A DNA stretch of 64,000 nt, taken from NCBI RefSeq assembly GCF_001194135.2, contig NC_068991.1, forward strand, positions 40,461,423 to 40,525,422, read 5' to 3'. The stretch's first letter is position 1. The number at the start of each line of letters is the position of its first letter. This DNA comes from Octopus bimaculoides. Taxonomy: Eukaryota. A program made the position numbers and the translations under genes. Below are positions 25,860 to 64,000 of this stretch, one piece after another. The notes beneath the pieces were generated by a model. That model had not been told where the DNA came from and searched no databases. It worked only from the letters and a program-made list of their open reading frames with translations.

Positions 25860-26950
25860 AAAACACCCATTAACATTAACATTCTTGAACACTTTAAATC
25901 TTCCTCTCTCTCCTCAATGACTACCAATATGGATCTCCTGATAAAAGTTCAGTGAAAGTAAGTACATGCCTTGAGAAAAACTATTGACTGCATCTTGCAT
26001 ATAGATTCCTCATCTAAACTTTTCACTTACAGGTTCCATACATATCTAATCTCCTGGTTCTATAACTGCCTATCAGTTTGTTCCAATACTGTGTGTGCTG
26101 ATGGAGCTTTTCTATCTTACTCTTCATGAGCTTTGATATGCCACAGGGTTCTGTTTTGCCCCCTATTCTCATGTCTAACAATACCTACTTTTATGAGATG
26201 ACATGATCCGTCATGCCTCACTAACCTTTCCCAACTACACATCATCCCATCATGACCCAGACAGCACATGGCTTACCTGTGCTGATCTATAAATGATGAC
26301 CTTGAAAGCATTCTCCAATGGAGTTATACCAATCTTATCTCTTACATCAGCAAGTACTACTCAAATCAAGAAAACACAGCACCCCCCCCCCACACACACA
26401 CACAAGCAGTTCTCTACTAGAATCCTGCACAGCTACCCAAATTTTATGCCTTACTAGTATGGCAAGTCTCTCCTAGTAAAAGCATGTCCTTAACATCATA
26501 GGACTACATCTAAAGGACTAGCCCTTCTCTTCAAGATTAGAAACTATTTCAGTTTCCAGCAATTGTTGATACTCTACAAAACTGAAATCGGATCCACAAT
26601 GTAGTATTGCTCCTACATGTAGGCTGATAGTCCTGTTGCATGCACGGATATCCTGGATTGTATCCAAAGATATACCACTCACCTAACAGACACACTGCAG
26701 CTCCCACTGGCACACCATCTATTCTCACTGCCTTTCTTCATCTATTATAATGGCCTCTGTTTCTTAAAGTTAGCAGGTCTTGTACCTTCTCCACTCAGGC
26801 ACTCCCAACCTGCTTTTCTCATTTCTCTTGTTTCATTGAATTTCACTGGCTCCACCTAAACCACTATGCCCAATCTTTCCTACCCAGAACATTGACCCTC
26901 TGCTCTTCCTTGCTCATGTCCTTTGTCCAAGTATCAACTTGGAACAGTTC
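25860..26950 (+). mobile_element. Decayed LINE RT fragment (CR1/Jockey-like)
   Basis: DMPQGSVL at about 26135 and LLILYKTEI...YCSYM at about 26560; heavily frameshifted. Confidence 0.6.
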
Positions 26951-27218
26951 AAATCTTGGCATTCTTAGAAGGCCTGAAATGGTGAAGGTACAAGACCTGC
27001 CAACTTTAAGAAACAGAGGCCATTATAATAGATGAAGAAAGGCAGTGAGAATAGATGGTGTGCCAGGGGGACAGAAGCTGCAGTGTGTCTGTTAGGTGAA
27101 TGGTATATCTTTGGATGCAATCCAGGATATACATGTGTACAACTGGAGTATCAGCCCGCATGTAGGAGCAATACTGCATTGTGGGTCTGATTTCAGTTTT
27201 GTAGAGTATCAATTGCTG
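26557..27218. repeat. Inverted repeat: arms 26557-26789 and 26984-27218, 194-nt spacer
   Basis: The reverse complement of the right arm aligns by eye along the whole left arm, and the inner ~85 bp differ at one position. Confidence 0.95.
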
Positions 27219-29912
27219 ACCCTCCTTCCAATCTCCACAAGTAATATGTGTGTGTAAGAGAAAAAGAGACACAGATAGACAGGATGCACAGCTTCCAACT
27301 TCTAAATTCCACTCACATTTCTATGGATTGATTTGAGGCTATAGCTGAAGATACCCAAGGTGTCGTGCAATAAGATAAAATCCAGTCCCATTTGATTGCA
27401 AAGTGAATTTCTTAATCATACCATCTTCTTTGCACCTGTACCGATATATATATTTCAAATTTTCACAGCTAAATAAATGAAATAGAAATATCAATGAATT
27501 TTAACCTTTTTTCTTTTTACATACAACTTACTCTAATTAAACCCACTTCTTCATCAATTGCTTTTAATATATTAGTTATATTTTCTTATATACTTATTTA
27601 CTTTTTCATTTTGTCTGATTAGACTTTCTTTGTATGATTTGGATTTCACCTAAGTGTATAAGACCAAATTTAAAACATAATAGATTCTTAGCTTCTACAA
27701 TATACCACACAAGTTTTCAACATTGAAATAGTTTGGCCCGTTTTGTTTTTCTTTCCTGGTGCATTTTTACTACTTTTTTGTATTTCTTTTAATTCACATT
27801 TAACATTTTATAAGTGTTTTATAAAGTAATAAAAAGGATTTCTCCTTAATTCTGGATTCTAGAAGAATTCCTTCTTTCATTAGAAACCAACCTTTTTAAA
27901 TGTGACATTCTTAGATTTGTACCATTAAGCACAGTAACCAGTTGAAGTGAGGTGTTTATAATTCTTCTGTCTAGGATCATAGTGCGATTGATATGAACTC
28001 ATTTATAACCCAATAACCCATGAGTTGATGGTCTGCTAAGTTATTCCATCTGTATACTCAAGTTGATTTAATCCTTGACAACACATTTGCTTTCTACTTG
28101 TCAACAGGCACATTTGGAATTCAAACTGAAAAAAAACATTATTACCAAAGTGTTGCATACAATGTCAAGTGCATAAAAGATGACTTACTAGCAATGTTTT
28201 TAGATATGTTATATATCAGATATATTCCAAAATTAAGTCAAATTGTGTGTACATTTCAAAGATTGTTTTACTTTTTTAGATCCTAGATTTGGTCTGTAGG
28301 ACTTATAAACCCGGCAGTATATGTAGAATGTATTAAATTTGCTGCTTCAAAACTGATTTCTTTTCAAAGAATTCTGACAACTGAGGATTTTGAACTTTGA
28401 AGTTTTAGCTGTTAATTTGATTTATATAGTCTGTTTGTAAATGAAAAATATGGCTTTCAGAGTGAAAAATTAGTTCTAGTCTTCTGCTTGCTTTGCTATT
28501 TGCAACAATTTTATTCAACAATTATTAGTTGAATAAAGTGAGACATATGTTTAAACTATTGTGCTTTCTTCATTTGAATCATTTCAATGTCCATCAAAAA
28601 TGTTTGTTATAATCTTGATAATGTTTTGATTTGAATGTTTTGATATTTTAAATGCAAATAGCTTTTTTTAAGATTTAAAACCTATAAACTCATGAAAGTT
28701 ATTGAGACACTACAGCTTTTAGTTGTCACAGAAAAATTGCTGAATGTTTGGCAGTTGTTATTTTTACTAAGAAATAAAATGTAGTCACTGCCTGAAAAAC
28801 TTACCAAGTTGGTTGTGATATATTGATATATATATTAATCGTTATTTGGGTCAGTTCGATTCAAGAACATACCTAATATTAAATTCTTGAAATATATGTA
28901 ACTGTTGACAGCAAGTCTATCAAATGAATCCCAGTAAAGGAGTGATGAAATCAGACTCAAATTTCTGTGCCAAATAAAGCTTGACTCCTAGTGCAAGCAG
29001 CTATTATGAAATTCAGACAACTCTTTTTTGCTTGCTACTTTGATATGACAGTGTAGCATTCTGTGATGCTAAGTAGTTTTTATGTTGCGTTGCTATTTAA
29101 ACCAATGTGGCTTTCTATGGAATTTATGTTCAAGTGGAACAACCAATACACTGGCCAAAGTAAATTTTCAAATTATTACATTTCCAAATACAAAAGTCAC
29201 AAGGACAGACCATGAACTTTGGATTATCAATGTTATGACGTGAGTAAACTTCAACAGACTTCAACAACTGTGATGAAAGCAAATAAGATTTAGAGTAGGT
29301 CAAATTAGCTTAGTGTAATTGTCTATGGCTTGCTTTTCATTTAATTACTCACTTTCTATGGTGATATTTTTTCTTATGCTTTGTGCACATGGATTGTTTT
29401 TGTATGTTTTATTGCATTTGTTCCCCTCGACCCCTCTTTTCAGTTTTGGACTGTTATTGTTGAATTCAAATGCTTCTACAAAATCTATTACACAAATCAT
29501 TAAAGTTATGTAAAAATTAATTACATTTAAAACTGATATGTTCTGAAACTTGATTTTAAGAAATTAAAAAAATATATCTATGTACTTGTATGAAACTTTT
29601 ATCTCCTACCAACATGTGCTTAGAAAATCATTGTATCTCTCTCTTCGATTGTTTAAAAAGTAACAAAATCTTATGTTCAAGGTTTGATGAAACTAATGAA
29701 CATGTTAGTATTATATAACTATTACTCAGTTGTATTACATACAGTTAAGAATTTGATTTTAATTGGTCATGGTAAAAGGTTTTCATGCTTGTCAAAGTTC
29801 AGGGTTGGTACAAGAAATTTTTTCTTTGTTTATTGATTAAAAGCATTTCACCATCATTTCTTTTTCCATTTTCCTTGCCAGCCATTTAACTTTTTTTGCT
29901 GCATTAAAACAG

Positions 29913-29924
29913 CAGTCCTTTCCT
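29913..29924 (+). CDS. Weaker candidate 12-nt (or 9-nt via NAGNAG) microexon (xVLS)
   Basis: ttaactttttttgctgcattaaaacag|CAG|TCCTTTCCT|gtaaac. Shows a branch-like ttaac, a U-run and UGCUGC; both lengths are 3n and open in phase 1. Confidence 0.33.
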
Positions 29925-31299
29925 GTAAACAAATTTGCTGTCTTAAGCTATATGTGTTGAAACTGAACAACAATTTGTTATAAATATGATACTGGTGACG
30001 GATGAGATCCATTACCTCAAAACTTACCATTCAGTACAATATTGTAATATCTAGACATCAATGGAACATCTGTCAGAAATCACTCTAGAATTCTTGGTAA
30101 CAGGGATGCCAAAAACTATGATTGAAGCAGATACTAATAAAGCTACTTGAAAGATAAGTTAAACAACATAGTGTCTCTCAATCCAAGATCAGATGTCCTT
30201 TCAATCTGAAACAGTTAAACCATTGAATAGATTGATAGTCTAATGAGTAGCAAGAATAAGAAAAAATTGTGCAAAGAAAATTTTGTGTTACTTTTACATG
30301 CATAAAGTTAGTGAATCATTTTTGAACTGGATTTTATATTGTGATAAAAAAAAAATGTGCTTCTGTAAGATAACCAAAGATACACAGCACAAGAAAAATC
30401 ACAAGAATCAAGTGTTTGTCCATATTCCTTGGATTATAAACTCATGAATGTTAACTTATCCAATTTACTTGACCATTGATCATTTCTTGCAGCAATAAAT
30501 GTTCTCCAAATGAGCAGCTATCAACCAAATCATCTGATACTTCATCAACTTATTCTAAGATTCTTTCTTGATAAAAAGAGAGTATTAAAACTAATTATGT
30601 CTATTGTGATTAATAAAAATTACTTCAAAATGTGTAATTTTATTTTCAACTTTGATAAATATGACAAACCTTTTATACCAATTTAACGTTTTTGAGAGAG
30701 TTATCAATGCTAGTTATTGTCAAAAATTTGCAGTGTTTTAGAAAACTCAAAAAATTTTATATCAATATTAATCTTTTCAGTGCCAATTATACTTTAGCCT
30801 TTGATATATCATTGTTTATCAATAAATAGTTTTATTCTTGAGCCAACTGAATTGAATTTGCACATAACTCATGTGATTTTTTTTTTTTAATTAAAATACT
30901 TCACAGTATCAAGACTTAAAGTCGGTTTTATTCATTAATACTGAATAAAACTGATTTTAAGTATTTGTTGGATAAAGAGAATAGTCTGTAGAGATTAAAT
31001 ATTGAATAAACTGATTGTGTAGAAAATTTGTTTTACATTTGTGTTTAAATCTTGTTTTCTTTTGAAATATCCTCCATTTATATGTATAAAGAGAGAGCGA
31101 ACTGGAGAATTGTTGTTTTTAATCTACTAGAATGTAAACTGAAACAAAGTGATTAAATAATACAAGTACACAATATAAAGAAAATAAATGCTGTCTGAGT
31201 TAGAACTGAAAATGTTATTCTCAAGATACCTTACATCCTTTCCACACCTCTCTCATGTATCAGTTAGCAATAATACCTTGTTTCATCTTACATTTTCAG

Positions 31300-61671
<30,372 letters not shown>

Positions 61672-64000
61672 GTAAAGCATTTTACTTTTTTCTTCTTTAA
61701 TTTGTTCTCTAATATAGAGTTTTAAAATATTTAAGTTTAATTTTTATTCTATTTTTGTAAGCTTGTAAATTATTTTAGAGTTTAAAGAAGGAGAAAAAGA
61801 TATTGCATTGCATGAATTTTCATTGAGTTTTGCAATGTGAATAAAGTTTGCCTGTTCTTGAAGCTTTTAAACTAATGGGTTTTTCAATTGCTTTTCATAC
61901 TAAATGAAAAATGTTCATGTAGTTATTTTCTCAGATACTGTATTCATGTTAATTATATAGTTATTTTATAAAACAAGGATTAGTCACTTAAACTAAAAAA
62001 AAATAGTTTAAATATATTTTATTTTAGTTTAAATATTTACTCTTAACCTAAGAAGGAAAATATATATTTTGATAATTATTTACAATGAATATAATAAATT
62101 TCTTTACTCTGTTCTTTAAATTTCAGAACAATTCCTTCCTAATAGGTGCCCATTCTACATAGTTAGAAATTCCTGCAGATATAAGAGCAGTTATTTGAAT
62201 TATTTCTCTTCAGTTTTCTGTTTAATTAAAATTCATTATGATTAGAATTGGCAATATTTAGTAAACTTCTTGTCGGTTCCTGGCTACAGATACTTTACGA
62301 TACTGTCTCCTGATTTAGTTAAGGTTTACTATTTTATGTTTCTATTTCGTTATTTTAACTCAGTTTCTTGTACCTTTCAACCTCAGACTCATTTCAAATG
62401 GTTATATTTTTGTTGTAAGCTGTTTTTTTTTTTTTCCTGTTTATTTTTTTTTCCTTCCAGGTTAATTGAAAATAATTGCTGTTCATAACAGCAATCATAT
62501 ATTCGATTTTTTTTTTTTTTTTTTTTTTCGTAATTAAAGAATAAAATATCATTTACTATATTGTACCTAAGTATGTGCTTGAAAGCAGGGAAGACAACAG
62601 AGGTTTCATTTTCCTTTATTTTCAGTAATTCTTAAATTACCTTTTTTAAGTATTTTACTCACATTTCGTTCATTAATGTGTCAAATTTCTGTTTCCATTC
62701 AGCTCCTCTCAGATACTAATTGACAAAATAGTTATCTTCTAAGAATTTCTTCTTTTAAATACAAATTAATACCAATTATTTTCAATAGTAATATGGTCAT
62801 TACCAAACTTACTTCAAGTTATTTTAATGTTCATGAATGCATTATTTGTTAGCAAAGAAAATTATGATTCTATGACTTTCATCGTCTCATATCTTGCTAT
62901 CAAATTTTATTTATTGAATTGCTTCATCACATACATATTGCTTTTTGTTGATTTTTTTTTCTTTCATATTCCTAAATTTCAGTTTACAGAGCTGAATTCT
63001 ATTTTCAGTTTGGTTTTGTATTTTTTAGATATTTTTAGTATATTGGATTAAGGACTATAGTAATTAAAACCAAATGAGTAATGATAATTATCATTGAGGA
63101 AAAAAAGCTTAAGTAAAACACCAAATTCCTGGTATTTAGATTGAGTTGTTTTTCAATGAAGGTTTCTGTGTTGTGTCCTTTGGCAACACACTTAACTCTG
63201 CTTGCTTAGGGTTCTATTGTCTATTTAAGAAGCTGCTATTAGGATGTAGTCAATGAGCTTATTCTATTGTATCTGCATGATTCTTTATATATTATAGTAA
63301 TGCTAGGTTTACAAATACATATGTAGATAAGTTTTTTTATACTTCTTTATTTATGTCTTATATGTATAGTAAATTGGCTTGCATGATTCAAAATATTTCT
63401 TTGTAAATATTACTTCAGTTAATATTTTGGCATGCAATAACTTTTTACTCCATACAGCCTACTGAAGACTCGTAAACTTCATTGATAAAAGGTGCATTTA
63501 AAAAAAAAAAGATTATTATTATAATAGTAATAATATAACAAGTTTTCTTTATTTTTGGCTTCATCTGGAGGAAGTAGCCATGTCCATGACCTTCACAAAC
63601 CATCTGAGACTAGTGAGATTGATGCAATTAATGCCCCCACCTCCCTGCCACTCTTGAATAGTTGAAGATTAATGGCTGTAAGAAAAACATGTACAAGGAC
63701 AGATTTCCAGAGGGCCAACATTCTGGAGGGAAAAAAAACAACCCAGTTTACTTCAAGCCAATGAGGAAATAGCAGCCGCTCACGTTTCCCTCAAATTCCA
63801 CCCTACTATCTTAAATTAGGAAAGGACACCCTAAACAATGTAGTCCTTGCTATATACATATACACTCATACACAAACATGGAGTAAACTGTCTGAAGGTG
63901 TTGTTTCTCCTTGTTTTAATAATGTTTTACATATATGAAATCTTTTTAGTTATACTTGTGATGACAAATGCCACTTCAGCAAAACTGAGTTCTAGAAGTG

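Noticed and set aside
1-31299. PMCA 5' exons (TM1-TM2, actuator domain)
   Set aside because: No TGES or VMEGSG-type coding sequence found; these exons must lie upstream of the window.

Overview
This is AT-rich animal genomic DNA, dense in SINEs, LINEs, DNA transposons and (TA)n repeats. The SINE and RTE-tail families resemble those I know from Octopus, so a coleoid cephalopod origin is inferred; the species cannot be called. The only host gene I can support is a plus-strand plasma-membrane Ca2+-ATPase (PMCA/ATP2B, P2B type). Fourteen GT-AG exons from 31300 to 61671 join in matching phases into about 829 codons. They run from the end of the first cytosolic loop through TM3-TM10 to the first half of the calmodulin-binding domain. 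The 5' exons lie upstream of the window and the distal C-terminal exon lies downstream. Two regions fall exactly at the known PMCA alternative-splicing sites. (1) Site A: the >31 kb upstream of 31300 holds several phase-1/phase-1, 3n-length candidate cassette exons. The best are 15616-15648, 16048-16077 and 17983-18060, inside a transposon-poor, TGCATG-rich zone, with a second cluster of very small candidates at 27.9-29.9 kb. (2) Site C: the intron after the split CaM-binding domain holds several strong acceptors that would give short alternative C-termini. Both are predictions from splice signals only and need RNA evidence. The introns also contain several fold-back elements that could form dsRNA in the pre-mRNA. 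There is one 100-N assembly gap. I found no rRNA, true tRNA gene or CRISPR array.
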